Origin: Octopus sinensis
Lineage: Eukaryota
Assembly (NCBI RefSeq): GCF_006345805.1
Contig: NC_042999.1
Coordinates: 132,246,001-132,310,000, forward strand
Reading direction: 5' to 3'
DNA: 64,000 nt
The number at the start of each line of letters is the position of its first letter. Within the stretch, counting starts at the first letter, position 1. Of the stretch, positions 22,960 through 36,559 are shown one piece after another. Position numbers and translations under genes: made by a program. Below the pieces are notes generated by a model. It was not told the DNA's origin, made no database searches, and was given only the letters and a program-made list of their open reading frames with translations.

Positions 22960-23650
22960 CAGTAATGAGAAATAGGCCACAGTATATCAGATGCTCTGGA
23001 TTCTGACAAATAGTATTTCAGCTACACTCTTACAGTTGATGGTTACAAACCGAGATTTGTTCCAAGCTCTTGTAGGTAGACGGACAGGGTATGTACAACC
23101 TGCACAACACATGTAGCAGAGGTTGAGAGGTCCCAGTGAAAATAGGCAAAGAGAATTCTTGGTTGCATCTCAACTTCGAGTTAAAAAGAATCACTTTGCC
23201 TACAATGCACTTCTCCAAGCATGTACACAGGGTATTTCTCAATTCTCATCACTCTCCTCACAAAGATGTAGTTAATCAAATTCTTAACCAACATACATAC
23301 ATAACTCTCTATGAGTAACCAGTGATATTAAGTTCTAAAATATCTTTAATTTTTGCCACATTCATTGACTACTTTACATTCTAATGTTCAAGTTGCCCTT
23401 TTAGCCCCCACTTTAATCAATATGTTCCTATTTTCTTTAATATCCTTTTTCTGTCATGGAAGTTTAGGGCCCACTTACATGTGATGCAGCCATCTAATCC
23501 CACTCTCACCACTTACATATGAAATTTTTCATTCTTGCTTTTCTTCCCTGATAAGTAAAAAAGCCCAATAGACACCCTTTCCTCCCACCCCTGCATAGAT
23601 CATAAGCTTCATGTACCAGATACAGATCCTCCACCCCTTCCTTATCAACA
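22960..23650 (-). mobile_element. Old RTE LINE endonuclease-domain fragment
   Basis: Degenerate LVT..S....LINYIFVR and VD......W.....GRKAR motifs. A diverged homologue lies at 51380-51770. Confidence 0.55.
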
Positions 23651-24127
23651 TTCTGCCAACTGCTGTAATAAAAAATCATAGTAAACACTCATAACATCAG
23701 TAATGCTAATGACATCAGGGATACTTACTATTTATTGATAATAGTTATAAATAGCACCCTTTTATGAAAGATACAGCAAGTGTTGAAGAATGAACGATTG
23801 ATGTCAAAGTAAAAGAGAGGACAAACATAATAATGTGTGCAAATCTACCACCTGCTCACAAATCACAGCATGGTTTTTCTTATTCCTCACAGTGCAGATA
23901 TCACCAAACAGTAATTGACCAGCAACCAAACAGCCTTCCCACCAAAGATATAACCCTTCTTCCTGTAGGTTCTAAAACTTGTGGGCTGCAACCATACACA
24001 AAGATATGGTGAGAAGTAAATCTGATGAGATTGTGGAAATGGTGGAGAAGAGTGTTATTTGGTTGTGTGTTATGTGCAAGAGATAAGATGGAAAGGAACC
24101 TCAGCCAAAACTACTTACAGAAAAGAG

Positions 24128-24375
24128 ATCATCATCATCATCGTCTAGCGTCCGCTTTCCATGCTAGCATGGGTTGGACGGTTCAACTGGGGTCTGGGAA
24201 GCCAGAAGGCTGCATCAGGCCCAGTCTGATCGGGCAATGTTTCTATGGCTGGATGCCCTTCTTACGCCAACCACTCCATGAGTGTAGTGGGTGCTTTTTA
24301 CGTGCCAGACAAGGCTGGCAAACAGCCACGGTCAGATGGTGCTTTTTACGTGCCACCGGCACGGAGGCCAGGTGA
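24128..24375 (-). mobile_element. RTE-type 3-prime end with (GAT)n tail
   Basis: catcatcatc..ttccatgctagcatgggttggacgg..ggatgcccttc..gggtgctttttacgtgcc. The same tail ends the RTE at 56078. Confidence 0.8.
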
Positions 24376-24529
24376 GATACAAATTCTTCTGGGTGAGTAA
24401 TGGTAACAGTAGGAGTAGAGTAGGCAAACTGCTAGCTGAGAAATGAATAGATAAAGTAATTTAATCAGGGTATGCAATTGAATAATTAAGAAAGGTCAAG
24501 TTATAAGCAACTCAACAGGAATTTTTAAA

Positions 24530-26060
24530 TCTCTGCATATGCCTCACAGGTAGGATAGACAGAAACACAGAAGGACCTTTGCTATGAGACTCTACTGCAA
24601 ACTACTTCAATGATGATTGACAGTGACTTCATCATCATGGTCAGTAACTTAAACAGATAAATTGGCCACCACATTGATAGCTTCTGTGACATATATGGAG
24701 GATAAGGATATCATTCAAGAAATGGGGAGGATGTAAGGCTTCTGGAGTTCTGCTGTGATGCAACTGTTCCAACAATTTGCTAGATTCACTTCAGGAAACC
24801 ATCCAGTCACCTTATCACCTACCAATTTGGCAAACACATAAGTCAGAGAGATTATATTCCCACTTGGAAACAGTACAGAAATACTATTGTAAACATCAAA
24901 ACTTTTCCTAGTAAAGAATGCACTAAGTAATATAAATAAGTGATAAGAGACTTCAGAGTCAGAACTAGGCAGACACAAAAGTGAAAGGTGATATGGAAAT
25001 TAAAGGACCCCACAATTAAGAATAGATTTTAAGGAAATTCTAATCGAAGCATATTACTATAGAGAGAAAGATTTTGATACCGGTTGCATAGATGATAGGT
25101 GAGAATTTCTGCAAAATAACATGCTTAGAGCTACAGATCATACATGAGGCTGAAGCAAAGCACAGCCTACCTGAAAGCATTGTGGTGGTGGAATGATACA
25201 ATTGATAGAGTGGTAAAGGTTAAGAGACTGGCTTGGAGAACATGGATGGGAGATGGTAGTAGGAAGCATTACCAAATGGCTAGAAGGGAAGCTAGATAAC
25301 AGGTATGTCTGACAAAGGGGAAGGCAGAAATGAAGTGATTTGTGCATGTCCTGCAGCATGAGGATCAGAGGCATGTAATGTTCTGGATTGTGAGACTGTG
25401 TGAGAGAGAATTTAGAAACCATGAGTGAGAAATGTATTTGGAATGATGAAGGCATGCTCACCATCAGTAGAGAAGATAAGAAAGTGGTGTGCACTGGAAG
25501 TAGATTCTCTTAAATACCCAGGTTGCTCACAAGAAATTGTTGATATCTTATTTTTTTTACCTAGGAGATCTAAATGTATAGCAGCCAATGTTAGAATAAG
25601 TTGGAAAAAGTTCTAGGTGTTACTACCACAGCTGGCTACAAAGGTTTTCTTTCCCCTCAGAGTGAAAGATAGATTTTAGAATTGTAATGCTGCATGGTAA
25701 TAAGATATAGGCTTTGAATGCAGAGGACTTGAGAAGACAGGAAACAAATGAAGTGAGCATGTTCTGTTGGCTGTGTATTGTAAGTGTGCATGAATGACAT
25801 AGAAAAAATGTATTGAGAGAAAAACTGGGCATAAGAGGAATCTGATGCAGTGTGCAAGAAAGAAAACTGCTGCACTGGTATGGACTTGTATATGGATGAA
25901 GACAACTGAAGAAAGAAGAGTTGCCCACTTAATGTGGATGGCACTTATGGAAGAAGGGACCCCAGGAAGATATGGGGCAAAGTGGTGAAGGCTGACTCAG
26001 GACCTTGAACCTCATGCAGATGTCAAGGGACTAGGATGACTGGTGATATGTGAGTCTCAA
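24530..26060 (+). mobile_element. Old RTE LINE fragments (APE domain, linker and 3-prime ORF end)
   Basis: KDLCYETLLQTTS..DSDFIIMVSNLN..SRNGEDVRLLEFC..FRKPSSHLITYQFG..SQRDYI, then a degenerate thumb region. Confidence 0.75.
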
Positions 26061-26121
26061 GAAAACTCACCCAACTCAGTGAAAGAAAGTTCTGGAAGTG
26101 TTGTGCGTGTGTGTGTATATG

Positions 26122-26161
<40 letters not shown>

Positions 26162-27659
26162 AATATCACACTCACAACTGATCCTTTTGTCCAGTTCCCT
26201 CTTCAAGACATTCCCACTATCATCTCTCTAGCTGCAGTGTCTCCTTGTAACCACTAATCTTTCTTGCTGCCCAGAAACTTTTCATTTGTTTGTTATCCTT
26301 CATCCATTAATACAGTTTTCTCCACCCACATTTTACATCGATCACATGGCTGAACTACCAAATTTTCACCATGATATCTCTCTCTTTCTCTCTCTCACTC
26401 TCAATGCGCTATGCCTATCTCTCTCCACCCCATATTCTTGCAACCTACCCAGTCTCATGTCATCCCTCTTTCTCTCTCTCTCTCCCTTCCTTCTTTTGTC
26501 TACTGTACCCCAATATTACTATTCTGCTGCTCTTCACCCCCCATGCATCATTGGCTACCCTGCACCCTATCAAACATTTACTGCAGTCACTCCTCAAAAT
26601 TTGTTCATTATTCATTATTCATTATATTCCCCTCTTCCACTATTCCCCATCTCTCACTCTCCCATATACTCTTGCAACCTCTACCCATCTGCACTCATGG
26701 TTCTGTCCCCCCACCCACACTTCCCGGTTACTCATCACCACTATTTTAATTTTTTCCTAGCACTGCTCTGATCGTTCCGACCTTTCCTTTTGTGTTGTCA
26801 TGTAGCTCCTGTTCCCTCCATTGGTCCCTTCTTGCATACTTTACGTTTCATACTTCATCTTACATAAAGCCACTTCTGTTGGAGTTTGTAGTTTTGTAAG
26901 CTGTATGTTGATATTTCTAAATGCTGGTGTCATGTAAAAAGCACCCAGTACACTCTGTAATGCAGTTGGCATTAGAAAAGGTATCCAGTTGGCATTAGAA
27001 AGAGTGTCCATGTCAAAGTAGGAAGTGGAGCATGATACAGTCCTTGGACCTGTCAGATCTGGTCATACTGTTCAATCCATGCCTGCAGGAATCATGGATA
27101 CTAAATGCTATTGATGTATATTCACTCACATGCATATATCTATATACTACTAAAACTTTGTGATTGCTTGCTTGTGTGTTTGCTTGTGTACATGCTTGCC
27201 TGGAATTTAATACAGCCAAACTGGCACATAATAGGAAAATACTCTGAAAGTAAGGTACCCCTGAAATGTGAATACAAATGGAATAAAATAAGTTTCACAT
27301 AAATCAGCCCATGGATTCCCAAGACACGTTTTTTGGGGGCACCCTCATAAATAGCCTAAGTGGCACATAATGGGAAAATACTCCGAAAGTAATAACCCTA
27401 AAAAATACAAATTGTTTCTACAGTGAGTATTTAAATTTCAGCTTTCTTTAAACAGACAATATTTCAATCATTAAAAAGTATTTTTAAATGAATATGATTT
27501 GAAAAATATGAGTTGTAAAGTAAATATTTATATTTAGCTTTCTTTAAACAGACAATATTTTAATTGTTTAGAAATATTTTTAAGTGATGATTAAAAAAAT
27601 TTTTTTTTGAGGTAATAGGAATTGTTTCTAAGGTAAATACAATTTTCTATTCTTAAATC

Positions 27660-27950
27660 ATGCCACGATGAGGAAAGAAGAAAACACCTGGTTGGTCTAT
27701 AGATAGTGGGAAGAATGTGCAGCTAAGGAGAGCCAACGAAGGTGAGCAAGATAGTGGTGAACACCAACAAGATTGGGACAGGCCTGCAAATAGAAAAATC
27801 GATGAGACTGATAAAGGAGGGGCTGAGCATTTGGCAGAACAGAGGGAAAGGAACAGAAGCAAGAGAGATCAGAAATTGGACGCTTGAAACATGAACTTGT
27901 AAACCAGACCTATGATGGCACAAATGAATTGAAATATTTAACTGAATCAT
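27660..27950 (+). pseudogene. Decayed coding fragment resembling a Helitron RepHel N-terminus
   Basis: MPR*GKKKTPGWSIDSGKNVQLRRANEGEQDSGEHQQDWDRPANRKIDETDKGGAEHLAEQRERNRSKRDQKLDA*. Charged R/E-rich pattern with a CGA-to-TGA-type stop. Family assignment rests on resemblance only. Confidence 0.35.
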
Positions 27951-29094
27951 CATAAAATTGACTTTAATTTCAATGCAATGTTGAAATCAGCTTTAATATT
28001 TTATAAACCTAAACTGTCGATAACCCAATGGGTCATGGGTAGTCTAGTTGTAAATGTGAAATGGCGGAATCATTAGAATGTTGGATAGAATGCATTGCAG
28101 TGTTTGTTTTGAAATTCTGTATTCTGAGTTCAAATCTTGCCATAGTTGACTTTGCCTTCTATTCTGTCAAGCTTGGCACAAGAAGTTTCAGGTCAGTACC
28201 AGGATTCTTTTTCCTCCATCATCATCATCATTCAAGCCTGAAGAATGATAAGGTCTGCCAGGTTTAAGATGCCCAAGCCAACCCATATATCTTGAAGGCA
28301 CCCTTACAACTCCATCATCAATTGAGAGTCATCTATCCATATATATATGGATGTGTGTATGTATATATATATGCTGTCACTTCACCCTGAATGTCACTGT
28401 TAATATATATAAGCCAATACAACCTGTCACATGGTTAGGTCATCAGAATTAAATTAGCACTTTACCACCCAGCAGCTTATCTGGTGAGCAGGGCTGCAAG
28501 ATACTCAGCAGGATAAAATCAATATCTGTCAAAAGGATGGATCAACCCAGTATTGGGTCTATGTACTAAGCAAATAATGTTGGTGGATATATATTTAAGA
28601 TGTGAAATGACACACAGTAAGACAACTTTGGGTATGATGAGCTCTTAAAGCTTTCAGTAATGGCAACAGGTAGCTTAAATGCATTACATACACACACACA
28701 TTTGCATGTATGTGTGTATGTTTGTACTGCTTGAACTTAACAGCAATGTGTTTACATTCCTGGTAAACAATGCCTCTTGTAGCTCTGTGGTTCTGAAGAC
28801 CATCAGAATAAAAAGCTCCTAATTTGAAAAAACAAATAAGGATTGGCATCAAGAAAAGCATCTAGCTGTAAAAATGCTTCTTCAGTGAATCTTCCTTCAA
28901 GCCATGCCAGCACGGGAGAATGGACAGAAAGTAAATGATCTGAAAGGTATTTGAGGACATACATGGTAATTTAATAAGACTGCTCTAATGTAGAAAATAA
29001 TAAATATATTTTAATAAAAAATTGTGGATAAACTTTCTTATATTAATAATAAATCTCTGAGCGAGGTATAAACAGCAGTTGCACGAACAACATC

Positions 29095-29310
29095 GTGAAG
29101 TATATTTGCCACTTTAATGTGGCTAACCCTTTAGGGTGGATGCTACTGTAGCTTATAGCCCCAGGAGGACACCTCCTCCAGCTGGTTATTGACACACTTT
29201 CTGTGCCCTGTGTGTCAATAACCAGCTGGAGGAGGTGTCCTCCTGGGGCTACTAGCTAGTAGCATCCACCCTTAAGGGTTAGCCACATTTAAGTGGCAAA
29301 TGTACTTCAC
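29095..29310. mobile_element. Palindromic (hairpin) MITE
   Basis: Arms at 29095-29197 and 29210-29310 are near-perfect reverse complements, with a 12-nt loop. Confidence 0.9.
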
Positions 29311-29319
29311 TTTCTTATA

Positions 29320-29990
29320 TTATTCTATGAATTGACCTTAAGCTGTGATGACTGCTTCAGTGTGGGGCCAGAATCATTGACATGCCTGTACTAAATGGTC
29401 TCTATTAATTTTGGTCATCACCTGGACAATGGCAGCCTTCTGGGGAAACTATGGTATTGTGAGGATGTGGATTAGTCTCCATTCAACGACACTCCAAACA
29501 TAGTAGTCCATGGGATTTAAATCTGGCAGGTTCGGAGGTTATAAATGTGGTGTTACATGATCATAAAGATTGTTTGACATCCATTCTTGGGTTGCACGGG
29601 CTCCTCTATGCACTTAATCCATTCAGGGCTTAACCACTGTCTCCAGCAACTAAATGTATCCAACAGCATTAATTGTAAGACCTCTGTGGAAAGGTGGCAT
29701 GACATGATTTTTGTTACTCACCATGCAGTAGCTAGAAACTTAATGCGCATCACCCTGGGGACATCAGAAAGGTCTCACATAACCATCTGTCATTTCTCCT
29801 CTTAGACTTTTGGTCTTGGTCAAAATTTTCCTCATTAGAGAAGAACCATGTTCAAACAGTTTTCCTGTGTCTCTGCAAATATTAAATTGGCCTTTCCTTC
29901 ATGAGTACAACTTGTATTGAATATCCTTTACACCACAGTTCTGAAGCTTCTTGCTGATTTTCCAGAATCATCATTGATGATGATTCTGGC
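29320..29990 (-). pseudogene. Tc1/mariner (DD37D/maT-like) transposase relic
   Basis: Minus strand gives VMPP....GLTINA.GYI*LLETVVKP*MD..RATQEWMSNNLYDHVTPHL..PDLNPMDYYVWSVVE. Confidence 0.75.
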
Positions 29991-30034
29991 AAACAAATAA
30001 GAGGTAAAAGATTACAAATAATATCTTGTGTTCT

Positions 30035-30425
30035 TTCATCTATTTTTCATCTTTCTTTTACTTGTTTCAGTCATTAGACCACAGCCATGCTGGGGCATGT
30101 TTTCAAGAATTTTTAGTCAAACAAAACTCCAATACTTATTTTAAGCCTGGTATTTATTCTGTTCTTTTTGCCAAACAGTTAAGTTACAGGAATGAAAACA
30201 AGTACAGATTGTCAGCAGTGGTAGGGGACAGGCACAAATACAAAGTCAGAGAGAGAGCGAGAGAGAGAGAGAGAGAGAGAAACACACATGCACACACACC
30301 TTAAGCTTCTTTCAGTCTCCATCTACCAAAATCCATTCACACAAAGTTTTGGTTGACCCAGGGCTATAGACACTTGCCCAAGGTGCCTAGTAGTAGGTCT
30401 GAAACCATCTGGTTGTGAAGCAAAC
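30035..30425 (-). mobile_element. tRNA-derived SINE family B (OR-type), degraded
   Basis: tttacttgtttcagtcatt...gacacttgcccaaggtgc...accatctggttg. Confidence 0.75.
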
Positions 30426-31049
30426 TTATGCAATTGTTTGATAACTGAATTGTAATTTTAAGATTATTGCAGAACAATGATGTTTCTTAATCATATAGAG
30501 TATCAAATAATTTATTAGCAAAGCAGAGTTTATTTGTGTTGTGGGAAATTTTGATGAGAAAATGTACAAGATGTAATTTCTTAAGTTGTGTTTGAATAAA
30601 ACCTACTTGTTATTTGTGTGACTTATTCTGGGAAATATTGGTGAATGTGTACTTGCTGACTCTTGTGTCATGTAGAGAATTCACAAGGATACACTGCTAC
30701 AGTACACCACAGTACATAGAATCAAAGGAATAAAAGTGAAAAATTCTACTTTTACTTATCTTATCAACCATTCAAAGTCGAACCAATTAAAGAAAAACCT
30801 TCTTTGTGGTTTTTTTAACCTGTTAAAACTACTGGCAAGCTCTCTTTCAACTTACTACCTACCATGGAAGAACACATTGAATTATGTGGTCTTAGATACA
30901 CTATCTCAAAAAGCAAAACAATATAGAGATGGTCAGTATGCCTTTATTGATAGAGCTTGATTTGAGCTTAGTGGGAACTAAGCAACAGTAACAACAACAA
31001 CAAGCACCACCTTTGAGTGTTATAGAATAAACACTATTATGTGTGCATA

Positions 31050-32005
31050 ATGCTTACACACACACACACACACACATATACATATATATATACTTGGAAA
31101 TGGATGCATGGCGTTCAATTAAACAATAATTTTGTAAGCGCAGTAACCCCCCTTGGCAGCAGGTTTAAAGAAGCTGGCCGAGAGAGGGCATTACGCAACA
31201 TTAAGGTTCAGACACTCATCTCTTCCTCTTTCTGCATTGGGACACAAGACTGTGAAGATGTAACCTAACTAGTTTTTCTCTCACACACGACACGCCAGCT
31301 AGCAGACAGGAGCTAACACACAGGAGAAGACCATGGCCTCCACACATCAAACCATTTTCATTTATCATTCAGCTTGTATATATACATGTATCCACATTAA
31401 AGGTATTTAAAGTCACAGCCTTGTTTTATATATTCTTTATACTAGGTTTCCTGTCAAATGAGATTACAGCCTTCTGAGTAGAGTCACATTAGATTGCTCC
31501 ACAACCTATCCATCTAAAATATGAATAATATATATGTGTGTGTTTATGTGTGTGTATGTGTTTGTATGTGTGTGTGTGTATGTGTGTGTGTGCGTGTGTG
31601 TGTATATATATATGCATATATGGGTACAAAGTTTGGAACAAAAACAGGACAGTGGACATACAAGGAAACTGAACGAAAACAAACATGGAAAGGTGTTAGA
31701 CTAGAACGAGGGGGAAAATAGTGAACGCTGGGTGAAATATTTTCTTTGAAATGTGAATAGATAGATGTCCAGTCATCAGAATGTTGTGTAGTAAGTGAAA
31801 GATGGTCATGTGAGAAAAAGAAAGATGGACGGTGGTCACGTGTGAGCAACGAGAGAGAGTAAAGGAGAAAGAGGAGGAGGGAGAGAGAGAGACAGATAGA
31901 AAACAGTGAAGGGGAGAAAAAAGTATAGGTAGAGTTGCATCAAAAAGGTTAAGGCAAACTTACTTGGAAATGGATGTGTGGCGTTCAATTAAATAGTAAT
32001 ATAAA

Positions 32006-32061
<56 letters not shown>

Positions 32062-32215
32062 TATATGGGTACAGGCCGTCACCAACTGTAAATAACATGA
32101 AGTACGAAAACAAGCGAAGTTAAATATGCAAACAACAAGAGAAAAAATTGAAAAGAGGAAAAGTAACAGAAAGAACGACCCTTCATTAGTTGTCGGCTGT
32201 TTGTCTACTCCTCAT
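31050..32215. mobile_element. Cluster of Penelope-like remnants and CA/TG/TA microsatellites
   Basis: tatatgggtaca-initiated purine-rich blocks at about 31615 and 32060. tacttggaaatggatg..ggcgttcaattaaa is duplicated at about 31090 and 31960. Confidence 0.5.
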
Positions 32216-32946
32216 ACATATATATATATATATATATGATGGGCTTCTCTCAGTTTCTGTCTACCAAATCCATTCACAAGGCTTTGGTTAGCCTGAGACT
32301 ATAGTAGAAGACACTTGCCTCAAGGTGCCATGCAGTGGAACACATAACCATGCCTGTGCAGGTGCAGGCATGTCTGTGCTTGAGCAAGTGTCTTCTAGTA
32401 TAGCCCAGGGTTGAACAAAATCTTGTGAGTAGATTTGGTAGGCAGAAACTAAAAGATGCCTATCATATGCATGCATGCATGCATGTATGTATGTATGTAT
32501 GTATGTATGTATGTATGTATGTATGTATGCATGCATGCAGTACTTGGTATACTAGATCTTTTGATAATAGATATATTTTATCACAGATGAAATTAAAAAA
32601 ACTGCAAGAGAAGCTCTTGGCTCTTCGTCATTAATAGAACACATATGATGTCAGAGAGATTAAATTAGCTGTAGGATAACATGTGTAGCACTGATAGATG
32701 TTTGGTCTAATAAAAGAAATGATGGATAAATGGCAGATAAGATTAGAAGTATTTACTAACAATTGAAATCAAATAAGCCATTGGATCTTAATTATATAAA
32801 AATTTTTGCATCTCAGCAAACAAGCAAGTGATAAAAGGTTATTGAAGAAGATAGAAGTGTGAAGAGCATGAAACAAAAGCTATGGCAATGAAAATGTGTT
32901 CTATATGGGAAGAAAGAAAGGAGAGAAAAAATCAGTAAATTATTAA

Positions 32947-33141
32947 CCCTTTTGCTACCATATTTCTGTAGAAATTTTTAAAATAATGAAGAATTTAGTG
33001 AAATAATTTTGTTGTTATCAAGCTGGTGTTTGGGACTTAAATTATGAAATTTTGAAGGAAGATTTTAATTTAGATCACTTTAAAATAGGAAGTCTGTATC
33101 TTAGGACCAAGTTGATCTGAAGCAAGTTGGCATTGGAAAAG
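32947..33141. mobile_element. piggyBac-type MITE, degraded
   Basis: TTAA|CCCTTTTGCTACC at the left end and gaaaag|TTAA at the right end. Confidence 0.55.
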
Positions 33142-33709
33142 TTAAAAGAGTATTAGTGGTAATGCCCGGTGTCAGAGAAGTGATGCAATTTGGTGATGAG
33201 GGAATAATAAATGGCATACATACAAGAAAAACTGGAAGCACTTGAAAAAAGAAATAGCAAAAGAATCAGAAGAACTGAAGCTGAAGTGGTATAGTGATAA
33301 AAATCAAAAAAGGAAGTCTTTGAGGGAAAGATAACAAATACATACAGAAAAAAAAAAGTCATGGATAATTAAGTTATAACTTAGATTCCATGAAGATTTG
33401 CTCCATCATTAACCATTAGCTTGTAGGAATATATAACAGAAAGAAGTGTGTTGAAGAAACTGGTAGAGATGACAATGAATAAGAGAGAGAGAAACACATC
33501 CTCATGTACTGTCTGGGCACAAAATAGTTGTTAAGAACACACAAATGGTCTTAGTAATAGCTTGAACATATAATGAAGGATTTGTTGGAACTTATTCAGC
33601 TAAGTAGAGGTCAAGCTATTTAACGCACAAAAAAAGTGTGGATTGTGCTGACATACTCGTGTAAACAAACAGAAAACACTATAAAGTATATAACATTTCT
33701 AATTATATA

Positions 33710-33984
33710 TATATGAGTATATTTTCATACACCTGTATTTACATAACACACACACACACACATGCATGTATATATGTATGTGTGAGTATGCATTTGTTAT
33801 ATTTTAGGATGGTATACATATATATTATGTATATATACACATTTATATGTATGTATATATACACACACATATGTATGTATATGCAAACACACATATATAT
33901 GTATGTATATACACATACATATATATGTGTATATATACCTATATATATGATGTATATGTGCATATAAACTCATATATATACCTA

Positions 33985-34019
<35 letters not shown>

Positions 34020-34133
34020 GTATATATACTCATATATACACACATAGATGCATATATATATGTATATATATGTATATATATATACACACACACATATATA
34101 TGTATATATACTCATAAATACACACATAGATGA

Positions 34134-34165
<32 letters not shown>
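33710..34165. repeat. Complex (TA)/(CA)/(TG) microsatellite
   Basis: Direct observation; source of several Y/I/H/T/V/C ORFs. Confidence 0.95.
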
Positions 34166-34166
<1 letters not shown>

Positions 34167-34477
34167 GAGGTGCAATGGCCCAGTGGATAGGGCAGTGGAC
34201 TCACGGTTGTAGGATCGCTGTTTTGATTCCCAGACCGGGCGTTGTGAGTATTTATTGAGCAAAACCACCTAAAGCTCCACGAAGCTCTGGCAGGGGGGTG
34301 GGTAGTGATCCCTGCTGCACTCTTTCGCTGCAACTTTCTCTCACTCTTTCTTCCATTGGCCTGCTCGCTTAGCCAGCAGGGTGGCGACATTTGAAGGCTA
34401 AAACAATGCAAAGTGCATTGTGACCAGCGATGTGTAGCAACATCTGATAGCATGGTTGGTCATGGTGATCATGGTGA
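34166..34477 (+). mobile_element. SINE family C head and core with an alternative 3-prime tail
   Basis: The first about 170 bp match 5751 onward. It then diverges into ggcctgctcgcttagccagc..catggtgat. Confidence 0.8.
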
Positions 34478-34487
34478 TATATATATA

Positions 34488-34657
34488 CCATATTTTAACA
34501 TGTATAAGGAATCCTTGTGTATAAGGAACCCCTTAATTTTGGAAAAAAGGTTTTGTAAGGGATTATAATACTATCCATGTATAAGAAACTCCCATATCTT
34601 TTTAATCTAATTTTTGACAAAAAAAAAGGGGGGTTCCTTATACACGTTAGAATACAG
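34488..34657. mobile_element. Tc1/mariner-type MITE
   Basis: TA|CCATATTTTAACATGTATAAGG ... CCTTATACACGTTAGAATACAG|TA. Confidence 0.7.
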
Positions 34658-34674
34658 TATATGTATATATATAT

Positions 34675-35350
34675 AAAGTTTTGGTAAGTAGGAAAGCTGA
34701 CAAATCATAAATTCCTTCAGGTAAATGGCCCTGCTCAATATGTAGAAAAGGTGTAGGCAGAAACTCTATAAGATGTACCCAGTACAAGCTATGGATACAT
34801 AAGGGGTACAGCAATATCAGAGAAAGGTTAAGAGAGAAAACAGTCTGTGTGTGGCAGTTGTATAAGTACAATAAACACTAGAAATGTACAGAAAATAGAC
34901 TCCATCAAATGCCAGTGGGGATACCTAGAAGTAGTTGATAGCTTCCGTTATCTAGATGGTCAAGTCAGCAGTGGAAGTGGATGCTTGGAGAGCATAGCTA
35001 CTAGAATTAGAATAGGCTGAGCAAAGGTCAGGGAGCTTTTACTTCTGCTGGTAACAAAGGGCCTCTCCCTCAGAATGAAAGGCAGACTGTATGATGCCTA
35101 TGTGCGAACAGGCATGCTCCAGGGCCATGAAGCATAGGCTGTGACCAAAGAGGACATGTAAAGTCTTGAAAGAAATGAAGTCAGTATGCTTTGCTGGATG
35201 AGCAATGTCAGTGTGCATGTGCGACAGAGTGTAAGTGCCTTGAGAGAAAAACTGGGCATAAGAAGCATCAGATGTGGTGTGTAAAACTCTGTCCAACTTA
35301 TGCAAGCTTGGAAAAGTGGACATTAAAATGATGATGATGATGATGATGCT
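34675..35350 (+). mobile_element. RTE LINE 3-prime fragment with decayed PHD-like segment
   Basis: Homologous to 56949-57743 (GKWPCSICRKGVGRNSIRC..., LEVVDSFRYL). Ends in a (GAT)n tail. Confidence 0.85.
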
Positions 35351-35623
35351 GAAATAGTGTATGAAATAATAAGGTAATATATATACCCTATTTACCTATG
35401 TATATAATTATCCTTTCCAGTACATGCAAAAGACCTGAAATTTAGGGGAAGGGGATTAGTTGATTACATCAGTCCCATTACATGACTTATTTTATTGATC
35501 CCAAATGGATGAAAGTCAATGTCCACCTTGGCAACATTTGAACACAGAATGTAAAAACAGACTAAATACCACTAAACATTTTGTCTGGTGAGCTATTGAT
35601 TTTGTCAGTCTTCGCTATGCATA

Positions 35624-36016
35624 TCTCTATATATGAAATGCTGAAGTTGTCTGTGTATGGCAGGCTTGATAGCCTTCAACTAACACTACCTCCTCCGAGA
35701 CCCTGAGGTGCAAGTTGATCAAAATTGAGAGTATGATAGAAGAAGGCTTGCTCTTCCTTCCGTAGAAGAAAAATTTCAAATCGAACCATGTTAACACCAA
35801 ATATTATTTACATCAAAAAGGTGCTTTTTTCTATGAAAATCCCTATTTTTTAACGATTTTTTTTACTGCTGTGTCGCCATTTTTCGGTGTATTTCAACCA
35901 GAAAAATGTTCACTTAAAGAGAATAACAAGCTACATAATGCAAAATTTTTACTTTTCAAAAATTCCAATTCTAAAGGGTTGAAACAAACCCAAGCAACGC
36001 CGGGTGATACTGCTAG
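35624..36016 (+). mobile_element. Non-autonomous Helitron
   Basis: A|TCTCTATATATGAAATG start, subterminal acccaagcaacgccgggt hairpin, and CTAG|T end. Confidence 0.8.
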
Positions 36017-36559
36017 TAAATAATAATGCACAGTGGGTATTTTCAGCTAAAAATAAAAACTACATCTGTTCATTTATAATGTGCAATTTTGCTATTACTA
36101 CCTTTAAGATGTAAGAACAATTAAAACTTTTAATCAAATTATCTGTATTTCAGTCAGTATAATCACATTAACTTTCCTGAGATTCTGAAGCTATTTTTAA
36201 TATTTGAAGCTTTTCTCCAGTTGTGGGAGAGTAATGATGTTTTGAAGTGTTCATATTAAGCATTATATTGTAACCTGTATATAGATGGTTACTCATTGAT
36301 TGTAGAGTATACACAACTATGTAACATGATTTATGTATTTCCAAATAACATCATGCATCTTAAGAGACAGTATGATTGCAGCAGCAGTCAACCATGTAAC
36401 TGTCCGCTAACATTATGTTAGCGTGCTAATTTTTTCCACACCTCAAAAATAAAGCACAGAGATTGTTGAAATGTGACTTGTCTATTGATGATGTCTTCTC
36501 CTGGTTGCTTACAGAGAACTTCTAACAAAGAACAGATGTTATATAGAACTTACAAAGTA

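Noticed and set aside
26286-26771. 161-aa ORF and overlapping ORFs
   Set aside because: Pyrimidine-rich, open in all three + frames, with no domain signature.
30674-30960. About 96 open codons after a plausible acceptor
   Set aside because: No recognisable motif, and ORFs of this length are expected by chance in 64 kb. Competing frames look equally protein-like.
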